From positions 62,001-126,000 of the IMG/VR virus record IMGVR_UViG_3300032931_001151: 64,000 bases of DNA, one strand, 5' to 3'. Shown in pieces: positions 39,432-48,786 of this stretch. Below the pieces are notes generated by a model. It was not told the origin of the DNA, did not search any database, and saw only the letters and a list, made by a program, of their open reading frames with translations. Position 1 is the stretch's first letter; each line of letters starts with the position of its first letter. A program made the translations under genes and the position numbers.

Positions 39432-42400
39432 TTATTGTTCTAGTTCTAGTATTATATTTCCAAGTTGAGGAAATTCGTATGGTCCTAATATGATTTTCAA
39501 ACTATAGTCCCAACTCGTTGTCCCGTTAGTATTTAGTGAACTAAATAGTGGTTGGAATATTCTAACAAGTGATGGATCTTTTGTAACTAATTCCATTAGT
39601 TTATTTCTTCTAGCTATATCGGTTTGTTCTTGTGTAGAATATATAGTATTTATAGATGCAACATAATCGGATGGAGTAAGCTTATTGTCGGGATTCTTAT
39701 TTAACATTACTTCAAACGAATCCACCGCATCAATAGCACTTATTAAATTTCCAATATATGAGTTCTCTATAGTTTCACCTAGATTGTGATTAGTATAGTT
39801 GAAATAATCTCCTATAGATTGTTTTATTTGTGATTCAATAATATCCGGATTTCCATAACTTTTTGCTTTATATCTAACAAGAACATCAATTGGAACCCAA
39901 GTTGCGGGAATTACGACGTGCTTTTTCCCAATAACTTTGACTGGATCACTATCAAGAGTATTAACTATTAAATCGTTTAAATTCTTACTGATAGTATTAG
40001 TGCCATCTTTGTTCAATATAATGACGAACACATAATTAAAGAAATAATTAGAATTTTCGGTTGAACTTATTAATCCTGCAGATTTAGCTTCTTCGTAATC
40101 CAAAACTTTTGCTCTTACTACGTAATCATTAAATACTTGTTCAACATAATTTAGCGTATCGTTAACCGAAACGTTTCTACCTTGACTCGTAAAGTAGTTT
40201 GTTGCATTTCTTCTTAACTCGTCAACCGTTTCTACATTATTTCCGCCAAATGCATTTTGATTTTGAATAATAGTCAAGTCGGTCGTTTGTAGTTTTGTTC
40301 CCTCAGAATCTACTAATCTTGTTTCAGGTGAAGACCCATTAAAATATTGTTGAGTCTTTAATCCCAACAATTCAACGAAATTATCTTCAAATTTAATATC
40401 TGTTTGGTCGTTTCCTAAAATATATTGCGAAACAATTATTTGATCGTTGAGAGTTGATTTATTGATATTGCCATCATTTCCAACAGAATTTAATCCAATA
40501 ATAAAAGTTTCTTTATCTAATGGCGAGGATCCATAGTTAACACCATCCCCAAAATCAATAGTAATTAATTGATCGGGGTTTGCTCTAACGAAAAATACTT
40601 GTTGCCCAACTGCTATATCCGAATTAAACCCAGTCCCCGAGCGTTTCCACTCATCCCATGTCCCAGAATCGTTTTTAACGAAAACTCTTAAGCTATTAAT
40701 AGATATATTTGAGTTATTAACTATATATCTAACATCATTGTCCGACAATCTTGATGGATCTATAGATATATTTAATCCATTATTGTTTGTATCTATGTTA
40801 GTACTTTTATCAATATATGTAAATGTAATTTGTCCTTGTAATAAATTATTAATGGCAAAAGTTTCGGGGACGTTCGTGAATCTTAAACCGGGTATAGTAG
40901 CAGCACTTGAGGTGCTTCCAGAAAAATCTATTTCGCCATGGCGTTGGAATGCGTATCCAGTACTACTATCAACATACCAATTTATAGTAACCACTTGATC
41001 TGTTATACCTGGCTCAATATTAATAGTAAACCCACTTGAACTCTTATTAGTATAATAGGTAACTAAATTAGCATCTGGAACTAGTTGTATAGCATAATTT
41101 GTATCGGTAATAGGAGTCTTGAGTTGTATGGCACCACTCGTTTCTCCTGGACGCAATACTATAGTTCCAATTTGTCTATATCCGCTTTCTGGTTCCGATG
41201 GAATGGTATCATTTTGGAAGAAATTGAAAATACTCCAACTTATCTTACCCGAAAAAGATTTTTCGGTTTTTACAGAGAACCCAGTTGTTCCAGCATTCTC
41301 ATACCATACTTGAATGTTATCATTAGGAGTTAATTGAACCATATAATTAGAAGTTAGACCATCTTGACTTATTCCTAATGGCATAGGTGTGTCAAATACT
41401 ACATCTTTTTGTTTAACATTCTCTTGAACTATTCTAGTAGCCGACCAACCAATAGTTCCAGCAAATTGTGTATTTGGTTCAACATATATAGTAAATCCGC
41501 TCTCATCCGAATTAGAATACCAAGTTCTAACATTATCTGAAGGAGTTAATTGAATGCTATATTCAACTTTAACTTCATTAGGATTTAACACGAAAGCACT
41601 ATTAAAATACACTTTTTGCGATGTTACTCCACTTCCAAATGTAACTTGGCCAGCTTTTTGTTCAGACGTTTGTATTGGCTCAGGTTCAACAACTTGGAAA
41701 TTTCCAAATTTTGTACTATTTGAAGTTGCTAATGCTGACGTTGAGGTTGTTGAATCTATGAAATTTGTAGTAATAGTAGCAATAGTAACTTGATTAGATA
41801 AAGGAGCATTAGCCGTTACTTCTAATCTAGCACCATAGTTGTTTATTGAATCGGTTTCATCTGCAATGACCAAATTAATATTATATGTAGGAACGTCGGA
41901 GCTAAAGAAGTTCTTGTCAAATTGTTGACTTGAAATAGTCCCGCTACTAAAAGTATAAAATACACCATTAATCAACACGGTTAATGGAGATTGAGATCCA
42001 TCTTTATTAACTACCAAATTTATTTGCTTTATAGCATTTGGAACATCTTGAAAATAAGAGAATTCAAGCTTAGTGCTATCTAAATTCTGTAGCCCTAAAA
42101 CTCCAGTAAAAAATCTATTAATTGTGCCATCTTCATAGAATTTTAATGAATAATTCATATTAGTATTGTCGGTTGGTTGAAGAATAATTGCTACTAATAT
42201 ATCATTTGCTTTTTCACCTAGGGTAGTCTTATCTTCCGCTATACTAATATATGGTGATGATGTATTCTTATCCCAATTGAATATTAAGTAATACGGAGTA
42301 TTAGGCACCATCGTCTTACTATACGCTATCGTTGGGATAGTTTGGATGAATGGTTGCCCAACCGAATTTGGATTACTTGGGTCAAATAATGGATAATTAG

Positions 42401-43046
42401 TAGTATCAAAACCTCTATAATTATTACTATCTGGTAAATTAATAATACTTAATGGCTTTTGAAGTGATAAAGGTAAACCTAATCCCGTAGGATTAATTGT
42501 TATATTACCTAATGAATCCGAGAAGAAACTTGCGGGAGCCTCAAATGGCAAGGCATAATTATTATAACTAATATCTGTTATATCTATTGGGGAAATACCA
42601 AACGCTTTAACTAATTGAACATGAGATGTTGTATTCGTGAAATTAAAATTAGTATTTGACGTAGTTGGTTTAGTTGAAGGGAATATTGAATATGCTGGAA
42701 TTTCAATATACTTTCCAGCTTTACCGTAAACGTATGACGGAGTTAGTGCTCCTAATACGTTCAATGATGCTGAAGTTACACCACGAGCGTCATATCTAAG
42801 CATTTGGGCTATCTTATTGAGATTCTTATATCTCTTGGCAGTCGGTAAGAATACTTCGTTAGCCGCCGAATTTATATAATACCCATTTAGCGATCCAATC
42901 CAAGCCCATATAGTTACTAATGTATTAATATTAGATTGAGTTAGATCGGCATCTTTATATGTTTGGGTTTGTTGTAAATAAGTAATTATGTCACTTTTTA
43001 GAGCGTCTATATCATAACTAGTATAATCAATTGTCGTTTTCTGCAT
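39432..43046 (-). CDS. baseplate wedge protein (T4 gp6-like), expanded by internal insertion
   Basis: DYTSYDIDALKSDIITYL, YYIN.AANEVFLPTA, IDFGDGVNYG..P, GGNNVETVDELR.NA..YFTSQGR.V. Confidence 0.9.
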   Translation of the reverse strand: MQKTTIDYTSYDIDALKSDIITYLQQTQTYKDADLTQSNINTLVTIWAWIGSLNGYYINSAANEVFLPTAKRYKNLNKIAQMLRYDARGVTSASLNVLGALTPSYVYGKAGKYIEIPAYSIFPSTKPTTSNTNFNFTNTTSHVQLVKAFGISPIDITDISYNNYALPFEAPASFFSDSLGNITINPTGLGLPLSLQKPLSIINLPDSNNYRGFDTTNYPLFDPSNPNSVGQPFIQTIPTIAYSKTMVPNTPYYLIFNWDKNTSSPYISIAEDKTTLGEKANDILVAIILQPTDNTNMNYSLKFYEDGTINRFFTGVLGLQNLDSTKLEFSYFQDVPNAIKQINLVVNKDGSQSPLTVLINGVFYTFSSGTISSQQFDKNFFSSDVPTYNINLVIADETDSINNYGARLEVTANAPLSNQVTIATITTNFIDSTTSTSALATSNSTKFGNFQVVEPEPIQTSEQKAGQVTFGSGVTSQKVYFNSAFVLNPNEVKVEYSIQLTPSDNVRTWYSNSDESGFTIYVEPNTQFAGTIGWSATRIVQENVKQKDVVFDTPMPLGISQDGLTSNYMVQLTPNDNIQVWYENAGTTGFSVKTEKSFSGKISWSIFNFFQNDTIPSEPESGYRQIGTIVLRPGETSGAIQLKTPITDTNYAIQLVPDANLVTYYTNKSSSGFTINIEPGITDQVVTINWYVDSSTGYAFQRHGEIDFSGSTSSAATIPGLRFTNVPETFAINNLLQGQITFTYIDKSTNIDTNNNGLNISIDPSRLSDNDVRYIVNNSNISINSLRVFVKNDSGTWDEWKRSGTGFNSDIAVGQQVFFVRANPDQLITIDFGDGVNYGSSPLDKETFIIGLNSVGNDGNINKSTLNDQIIVSQYILGNDQTDIKFEDNFVELLGLKTQQYFNGSSPETRLVDSEGTKLQTTDLTIIQNQNAFGGNNVETVDELRRNATNYFTSQGRNVSVNDTLNYVEQVFNDYVVRAKVLDYEEAKSAGLISSTENSNYFFNYVFVIILNKDGTNTISKNLNDLIVNTLDSDPVKVIGKKHVVIPATWVPIDVLVRYKAKSYGNPDIIESQIKQSIGDYFNYTNHNLGETIENSYIGNLISAIDAVDSFEVMLNKNPDNKLTPSDYVASINTIYSTQEQTDIARRNKLMELVTKDPSLVRIFQPLFSSLNTNGTTSWDYSLKIILGPYEFPQLGNIILELEQ

Positions 43047-43058
43047 TTTAGTGTACCC

Positions 43059-43448
43059 TTAAAGTTTCGCTATTACTATTTTTGCGGTGTCGTTTTCTTG
43101 TAACTCTTGAATAAAGTAATTAATTTCAATATCTATTTTATTATTATCCGAATCAACGTTAACCTTAACATAGTTAATTACAATTCTATTCTCATAGGTA
43201 TTTAGAGCATTCTTTATACTATTTTGAATACTTATTGATGTTTTATCATCTATTAATTCAAATAAGTAAGAAGTTGCCGTACAACCGAAGCCCGGATCAA
43301 AAAGCCTTGACCCTAAAGGAGTTAGAACAATTGTCTTAACGGCTTGTCTAATAGAATCTAAATTTATAACCTTACTCGCATCACCAAAATGATTTAATAT
43401 TGGATTAAATGCCAAATCGGAATAAATTTCAGGTTGGGTGGTTGCCAT
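43059..43448 (-). CDS. baseplate wedge subunit (T4 gp25-like)
   Basis: YSDL, SIRQAVKTIVLTPLGSRLFDPGFGC..LFE, YENRI. Confidence 0.93.
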   Translation of the reverse strand: MATTQPEIYSDLAFNPILNHFGDASKVINLDSIRQAVKTIVLTPLGSRLFDPGFGCTATSYLFELIDDKTSISIQNSIKNALNTYENRIVINYVKVNVDSDNNKIDIEINYFIQELQENDTAKIVIAKL

Positions 43449-43460
43449 ACAATAATAGAA

Positions 43461-43487
43461 TCCTTTTTGTTTATTTATATAAAAGGA
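43461..43487 (-). promoter_or_regulatory. T4-type late promoter in the loop of a short RBS-containing hairpin
   Basis: TATAAATA on minus at 43472-43479, flanked by a 7-bp inverted repeat (43461-43467 / 43481-43487) whose downstream arm holds AAGGA. Confidence 0.6.
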
Positions 43488-43490
43488 ATA

Positions 43491-45125
43491 TTATATCTTT
43501 GAAGATATATCTGGATTACCCGCCTTGTCAACACCATCGTCTTTTTCTAATGACGTTACATCTAAAGCTACTTTATCTTGTTTAGGACTATTAACGAAAC
43601 TACTTGGAGTAATTGGCGTAGTAGGATTGGCAGGCGAGGCTGGAGACGCTACACCAATATAAGGAGTAGACGGCCCTGCACCAGGGCCGGGAAAACACCC
43701 GACATGAAGAGCGTTTGATATAGGAACAGACATTTGAATGTTTCCACCAAAACCACCCGGATCAACTTTAAATGAAGATCCCGCATTTATAACAAATTGA
43801 GAATCTATATTCATAGTTGATGCTGCACCAGAGAATTTCAATGCTTGAGCATTCATATCAATTGTTTGTGCTGTCACTTTTAATGCGGAACAAATTATAC
43901 CTATCTCGTTAGATGATTGAAGTGCTATATTACCAGAAGCAATGATTTTAGTGTCCCCGGTTGAATTTAAACTCGTATTTCCCATAACGGTTGCCGACAT
44001 ATTATTATTAACGGTGGCATCAACATTGCCCCCAACTTTCATTATAACATCTTTATCTACTTGGACTTGCATATTGCCACCAATATGAGCATTCAAGTTT
44101 CCAGAAGATACTTCAACGTTAGCATGACCCTTCTCAACAACTATATCAATATCCCCCTCTCGAACGACAATCCCAACATTCTTTTTAACATTCAATTGAC
44201 AATGTTCTTCGCCTTGAATGAATATATTACCTTGAGCAAATAAATCATAATCGCCTATAATGTGTAATTCCTTATGTCCCGCAACTAATTCTTCATCATT
44301 ACTATTAATGGTACTTCCTGCCGATTTAGTAGTACCTACAATAGTTTTTCTATGACCGTATTCGCTTACAAAGGTGGTCGTACCCTTGTTTATTAAATAA
44401 TATCTTTCTTTCCCATCTTGATTGACTACTATGAATGTAGTACCATTTTTTGAAGTAAATGAGGTTACATCCTGTTGGTTAATATCATCAATTGGATATA
44501 CGTTGACTCTAGGCTTACTACAATAGGTTTGCACTAAAGCATTTTGAGCGGGAATAGATCCATTGTGAGCATTTTTATCCGGCGTAAATCCGGTTCTTAA
44601 GTTACTTACATCATTAATAGTATCGTTTACGTCTTGTGTTAATTTTCTTTGTTGTTCTTTCCAATCTTGTTGTTTTGGGCTTGTAGCCCAATATTGGGGT
44701 CTATTATGATTGCTAGAGTCAAAAAAGACCCATACTATAGTTCCCTTACGAGGAACCGTAAAGAATCCACCAGTTCCACAATCATCTTCTACCGGATCCG
44801 TGAATTTCCCACTATTAGGAGTTAACTGAGTTGCGGACTTTCCTGGCATAGTTTTTTCGTCGCCACTTGGTCTATATCTATCCGAAGATGTATCATTATT
44901 TTCTATATTATGACCACCTGACCAATATACTCCAAGACAAGGCTCGGCCCAAGGAAGGTGTAAGGTGGGAGTTTCAGCCGCAAATGGGCTATGTAGGCCA
45001 AATATTCTTACTTGTACTCTACCAGCTTTTTTCGGATCTACATTATTTTCTACAATAGCTCTATAATTCCCATTAAAGTGAGAATCGTCTTTCGTAAAAT
45101 CATCGTATTCTTGTCCAAATCCCAT
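43491..45125 (-). CDS. baseplate central spike (T4 gp5/VgrG-like OB fold + beta-helix), no lysozyme domain seen
   Basis: YRAIVENNVDPKKAGRVQVRIFGLH..LPWAEP, VP..GT.VWVFF, V.GN beta-helix repeats. Confidence 0.9.
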   Translation of the reverse strand: MGFGQEYDDFTKDDSHFNGNYRAIVENNVDPKKAGRVQVRIFGLHSPFAAETPTLHLPWAEPCLGVYWSGGHNIENNDTSSDRYRPSGDEKTMPGKSATQLTPNSGKFTDPVEDDCGTGGFFTVPRKGTIVWVFFDSSNHNRPQYWATSPKQQDWKEQQRKLTQDVNDTINDVSNLRTGFTPDKNAHNGSIPAQNALVQTYCSKPRVNVYPIDDINQQDVTSFTSKNGTTFIVVNQDGKERYYLINKGTTTFVSEYGHRKTIVGTTKSAGSTINSNDEELVAGHKELHIIGDYDLFAQGNIFIQGEEHCQLNVKKNVGIVVREGDIDIVVEKGHANVEVSSGNLNAHIGGNMQVQVDKDVIMKVGGNVDATVNNNMSATVMGNTSLNSTGDTKIIASGNIALQSSNEIGIICSALKVTAQTIDMNAQALKFSGAASTMNIDSQFVINAGSSFKVDPGGFGGNIQMSVPISNALHVGCFPGPGAGPSTPYIGVASPASPANPTTPITPSSFVNSPKQDKVALDVTSLEKDDGVDKAGNPDISSKI

Positions 45126-45137
45126 TAATATGCCTTT

Positions 45138-45398
45138 TTAATAAAAGAGTACTAACCAAACTATCTTTTCAACATGAGTTTCGGGATCGGCTTTAACGGT
45201 TTCAAGAACATTCAACCCATTATAAAACCAATGCTCACGAGCATATGACATCAACTCATTATATTTATCGGGGGTTGGTTCAAGTTCTACTATATCACCT
45301 ATGACATCTTCATATTTTGCCCATTCGGATTTAGGCAAAGTTCCTTTAAGAACCATTCGAGATGTATCTTTAGATGTTTCTATGGCTATTGAAGACAT
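45138..45398 (-). CDS. hypothetical protein
   Basis: Tight packing on minus strand. Confidence 0.65.
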   Translation of the reverse strand: MSSIAIETSKDTSRMVLKGTLPKSEWAKYEDVIGDIVELEPTPDKYNELMSYAREHWFYNGLNVLETVKADPETHVEKIVWLVLFY

Positions 45399-45399
45399 A

Positions 45400-46035
45400 T
45401 TATTTGACTATACTAATATCATCATTATCTAAAGAAACATTATTCCAATCTTGGATTATTTTTCTAGTAACAACTCTACCGTTAATCATGGTATCAAAAT
45501 ATGCGGCGACTTGTAGTATCCCATTCACAACCCTAGTTTCAGTTTGAAAATATCCTTCGGATTGTGTACTCTTTATTGGAAAAGTATCACTTGGTTTATC
45601 TACTATTCCCAAATTAGCACTAATTCTTTTAGAAGTTTCTTCGTCTACTTTATATTCTCCTGGAATATTCTCCGGAATCTTAACTGGGCCTGATATATAT
45701 CCGTGTATATCAGTCATACATTCATATTCTTTTTCCAAATCAGCAATAGAATTTGAACCCGTTGCTTTTTTTGTAGATGCTAATAAAGTGTTATATTTCT
45801 CAAGAAGTACCTTGATTTCACCGTCTTTATCATTAAGTTTACTTTCAAGCACCTTATTAGCATCTTTTAAGATTGCAACTTCTTCATTAGTATGGGCTTC
45901 TAGATCGGATCCATGAGTAAGATTACTTACGAATTTTATTATTCCACCCTGAGAAGTAATATTAGAATAAATTTCTTTATCTTTAAGGGCCGATGTTAAT
46001 ATTGAATTATATAATTCTTGGGGTATGTCTAACAT
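45400..46035 (-). CDS. hypothetical protein with coiled coil
   Basis: AAGGAG RBS inside upstream hairpin. Confidence 0.7.
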   Translation of the reverse strand: MLDIPQELYNSILTSALKDKEIYSNITSQGGIIKFVSNLTHGSDLEAHTNEEVAILKDANKVLESKLNDKDGEIKVLLEKYNTLLASTKKATGSNSIADLEKEYECMTDIHGYISGPVKIPENIPGEYKVDEETSKRISANLGIVDKPSDTFPIKSTQSEGYFQTETRVVNGILQVAAYFDTMINGRVVTRKIIQDWNNVSLDNDDISIVK

Positions 46036-46041
46036 ATAAGA

Positions 46042-46082
46042 AATCTCCTTCGTGATATGACTATTATATCACGAAGGAGATT
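46042..46082 (-). promoter_or_regulatory. perfect 17-bp hairpin containing TGaTATAAT and the RBS of 45400-46035
   Basis: AATCTCCTTCGTGATAT (46042-46058) / ATATCACGAAGGAGATT (46066-46082). Confidence 0.8.
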
Positions 46083-46088
46083 AACTTT

Positions 46089-46622
46089 TCACCAAAGATT
46101 TACATTATTCTCTTTAAGCCAATCAATCCAATTTGACCTCTCAACCGATGAGACTCCTTTAATATAAACGGCAAGCCTTTCACTATCACTTAGCTCTTTT
46201 GGTTGGAATCCCATTTTTAATCCGGCTTGATCGGGTGTACGGTTGCTCTTTTTTGTGTTGCAATTTTTACAAGTCGCAACTATATTAAAACTTTTATTGG
46301 GTCCATTTTGACCTAATGGAATTATATGATCTCTATTTCCATTTTTAATAGTTAATTTACATCCACAATAGCAGCAAGTATATGAATCTCTAGCAAGAAT
46401 GTATCGGAGAGATGTAGAAGCATTTCTTCTTCTTTTTGAAACATCTTTGTATTTCTTTAGAACAATGATACTAGGAACTTTCCAAGTACAAAATTGTGAT
46501 CTCATTACTTTATCGTAAGCATGAACAATTTCAGCTTTTCCTTCAAGATACATTACAAGAGCATCAAAGCTATTTATTATGTTAATATAGGTGTAGTCGG
46601 CATTAAGTACGAGCGAACGCAT
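46089..46622 (-). CDS. HNH endonuclease (McrA/HNH_5-like)
   Basis: LVLNADY, RDSYTCCYCG, DHIIP, NIVATCKNCNTKKSNRTP. Confidence 0.9.
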   Translation of the reverse strand: MRSLVLNADYTYINIINSFDALVMYLEGKAEIVHAYDKVMRSQFCTWKVPSIIVLKKYKDVSKRRRNASTSLRYILARDSYTCCYCGCKLTIKNGNRDHIIPLGQNGPNKSFNIVATCKNCNTKKSNRTPDQAGLKMGFQPKELSDSERLAVYIKGVSSVERSNWIDWLKENNVNLW

Positions 46623-46646
46623 TTTTATCCTTTCTATTATTTTTAT

Positions 46647-46674
46647 ATTATAAATGAAAAATAAGCTTTGTCAA
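46647..46674 (-). promoter_or_regulatory. sigma70-type promoter for the HNH gene
   Basis: Minus-strand TTGACA 46674-46669, 16-nt spacer, TATAAT 46652-46647. Confidence 0.75.
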
Positions 46675-46729
46675 GATTTTTCTTAAAAATCATTTTTCTC
46701 GTATATATAGTGTATAGGAGAAATACACA

Positions 46730-46894
46730 ATGAGAAAAGAACATCAAATCCATATCCGAGTTAATGATGAGGAAAAACAAAAAATGATTTTAAAGTCAAC
46801 TAAGCTTGGATTTAAACAATTAAGCGAATATCTACGATTTATTGGATTAAATTCTGAAACTAAAGTGGAAATTGACATAAAGGAAAAAAATTAA
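46730..46894 (+). CDS. MobC-like ribbon-helix-helix protein (54 aa, not in ORF track)
   Basis: AGGAG RBS; MRKEHQIHIRVNDEEKQKMILKSTKLGFKQLSEYLRFIGL; TAATG overlap with next gene. Confidence 0.8.
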   Translation: MRKEHQIHIRVNDEEKQKMILKSTKLGFKQLSEYLRFIGLNSETKVEIDIKEKN

Positions 46895-48054
46895 TGATTG
46901 CTAAACTAACCCAAGAAGAATTTGTATATAAAGCAAATAAAATACATAATAACAAATATACATATGATAAAACTGAATATGTTAATGCTAAATCAAAAAT
47001 AACAATAACGTGTCCCGTTCATGGAAATTTTACCCAACTTGCTAATAATCACATTAATGGTTATGGATGTAAGAAGTGCGCTAAAGAAGAACTATACTCT
47101 AATAATACTATGACAATTGACGAATTTCTATCCAAGTCAAACAAAATACATAATAATTTTTATATATACACTAAAACTAAATATATAAAAAGTTATAAAA
47201 AAATTATTATAACTTGCCCAAAACACGGAGATTTTGAACAATTACCCTACGTTCACATAAGGGGATTTGGTTGTATAAAATGTAGCAATGAAAAGAAATC
47301 TCTTCAATATACACATTCAAACGACGACTTCATAAAAAAAGCAAATGTGATACACAATAAGCTCTACGACTATTCAAAATGCATCTATAAAGGAACTCGT
47401 GCAAAGATATGCATTATTTGCCCAATACATGGGGAATTTCACCAAATAGCACATAACCATTTAAATGGGATGGGGTGTAAAAAATGTGCTATGATATCTC
47501 AAAAGAGTATTATTACAAAATCTAACAAAGAATTTATTGATAGATGTAGAAATGTTCACGGAAATTTATATAATTATGATAAAACCAACTATAAAGGTAG
47601 TAAATATAAAGTTTGTATTACCTGTAATAGCCATGGACCGTTCTATCAATCCGCAGGAGGACACCTAAAAGGACAAGGATGTCCAAAATGCAACAACTCT
47701 AAAGGTGAAAACATAATAAATAATTTCTTAATTCGCAATAATATAGAATTTATACCAGAAAAAACATTCCAAGGCTGTAAATTTAAAAAATTGTTACCAT
47801 TTGATTTCTACATTCCATCTCATAACTTATGTATTGAATTTGATGGAAAGCAACATTTTGAATCTGTTGACTATTTTGGAGGGGAGAAGCATCTTAAATA
47901 TATTAAAAACAACGATTTAATTAAAACCAATTATTGTATTAGTAATGGAATAAAGTTGCTTCGTATAAAATATACGGATTTTGATAATATTGAGTTTATT
48001 TTAAATACTCAATTGAATATCACTACCGCAACACCCGAAACTATTTTCAAGTAA
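46894..48054 (+). CDS. putative homing endonuclease: four DUF723-like zinc repeats + Vsr/PD-(D/E)XK-like domain
   Basis: Four C..HG.F.Q....H..G.GC.KC repeats; SKGE, PFDFY, IEFDGKQH, D..K..YC, LLRIKY. Confidence 0.88.
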   Translation: MIAKLTQEEFVYKANKIHNNKYTYDKTEYVNAKSKITITCPVHGNFTQLANNHINGYGCKKCAKEELYSNNTMTIDEFLSKSNKIHNNFYIYTKTKYIKSYKKIIITCPKHGDFEQLPYVHIRGFGCIKCSNEKKSLQYTHSNDDFIKKANVIHNKLYDYSKCIYKGTRAKICIICPIHGEFHQIAHNHLNGMGCKKCAMISQKSIITKSNKEFIDRCRNVHGNLYNYDKTNYKGSKYKVCITCNSHGPFYQSAGGHLKGQGCPKCNNSKGENIINNFLIRNNIEFIPEKTFQGCKFKKLLPFDFYIPSHNLCIEFDGKQHFESVDYFGGEKHLKYIKNNDLIKTNYCISNGIKLLRIKYTDFDNIEFILNTQLNITTATPETIFK

Positions 48055-48079
48055 CTAATAATTATCTAAATTTTCATAC

Positions 48080-48107
48080 TTGACATCTCCAAAACATATG
48101 CTATACT
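48080..48107 (+). promoter_or_regulatory. sigma70-type promoter
   Basis: TTGACA 48080-48085, 16-nt spacer, TGc-TATACT 48102-48107, AAGGAG RBS. Confidence 0.75.
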
Positions 48108-48128
48108 CCGTCACACAAGGAGAAAGAA

Positions 48129-48785
48129 ATGCTCAAATCCATCACCCTCGCCCTTTTAGTCGGAAGCCTCTTCGGAGCCGACCAAGCCCCGCCTAAAGTG
48201 GCTGACACTATCTATGACAAGGCAGTGGCCGACAATATCAAAGATGCCCAAAGGGGTTATGAAGCATATCAAAAGGCCCTTGAATTGGCTAACCAGAAGA
48301 TTCTCAAGAGTCTTGAGGCTGCCAAGACCGATCTAAATAATCCACAGAAGGGGAAGTTGACCATCAAGGAGCGATCACAGGCGATTGATGAGATTGATAC
48401 TAAAATCGCATCATTGAAGGCCGGAGCATTGGCAGATCTTGTTGTCCAAAAGGCGAAAGAGGGGCTTATGGGGGATGGGGGAAATGGGAAAATTGATGAA
48501 AATAAATATCTTGGGACATTTACTACCAACGAACTTGGAGACTTTTCCATACAAATGAAAGATGGAAGTTTGTACTTAACGGAACTATCAACATCAAATC
48601 ATAGTGTTTCTTCAAAAATAATTGATGGAACCGTAGTGTTTCAATGGTCAAATAACAACGGCATACTTGTAGCAAAGGTAATTAAACCAACAGTCACATT
48701 AAATTACTATTCCAAAGCATACAAGGGTTCTCTAATTGTCCCACAAACCTCCCCAAGTTGGTCATATCAAGGCAAATTTAAATAA
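48129..48785 (+). CDS. secreted protein with signal peptide, probable recent acquisition
   Basis: MLKSITLALLVGSLFGA signal-like start; helical N-half in visibly GC-richer DNA. Confidence 0.75.
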   Translation: MLKSITLALLVGSLFGADQAPPKVADTIYDKAVADNIKDAQRGYEAYQKALELANQKILKSLEAAKTDLNNPQKGKLTIKERSQAIDEIDTKIASLKAGALADLVVQKAKEGLMGDGGNGKIDENKYLGTFTTNELGDFSIQMKDGSLYLTELSTSNHSVSSKIIDGTVVFQWSNNNGILVAKVIKPTVTLNYYSKAYKGSLIVPQTSPSWSYQGKFK

Positions 48786-48786
48786 A

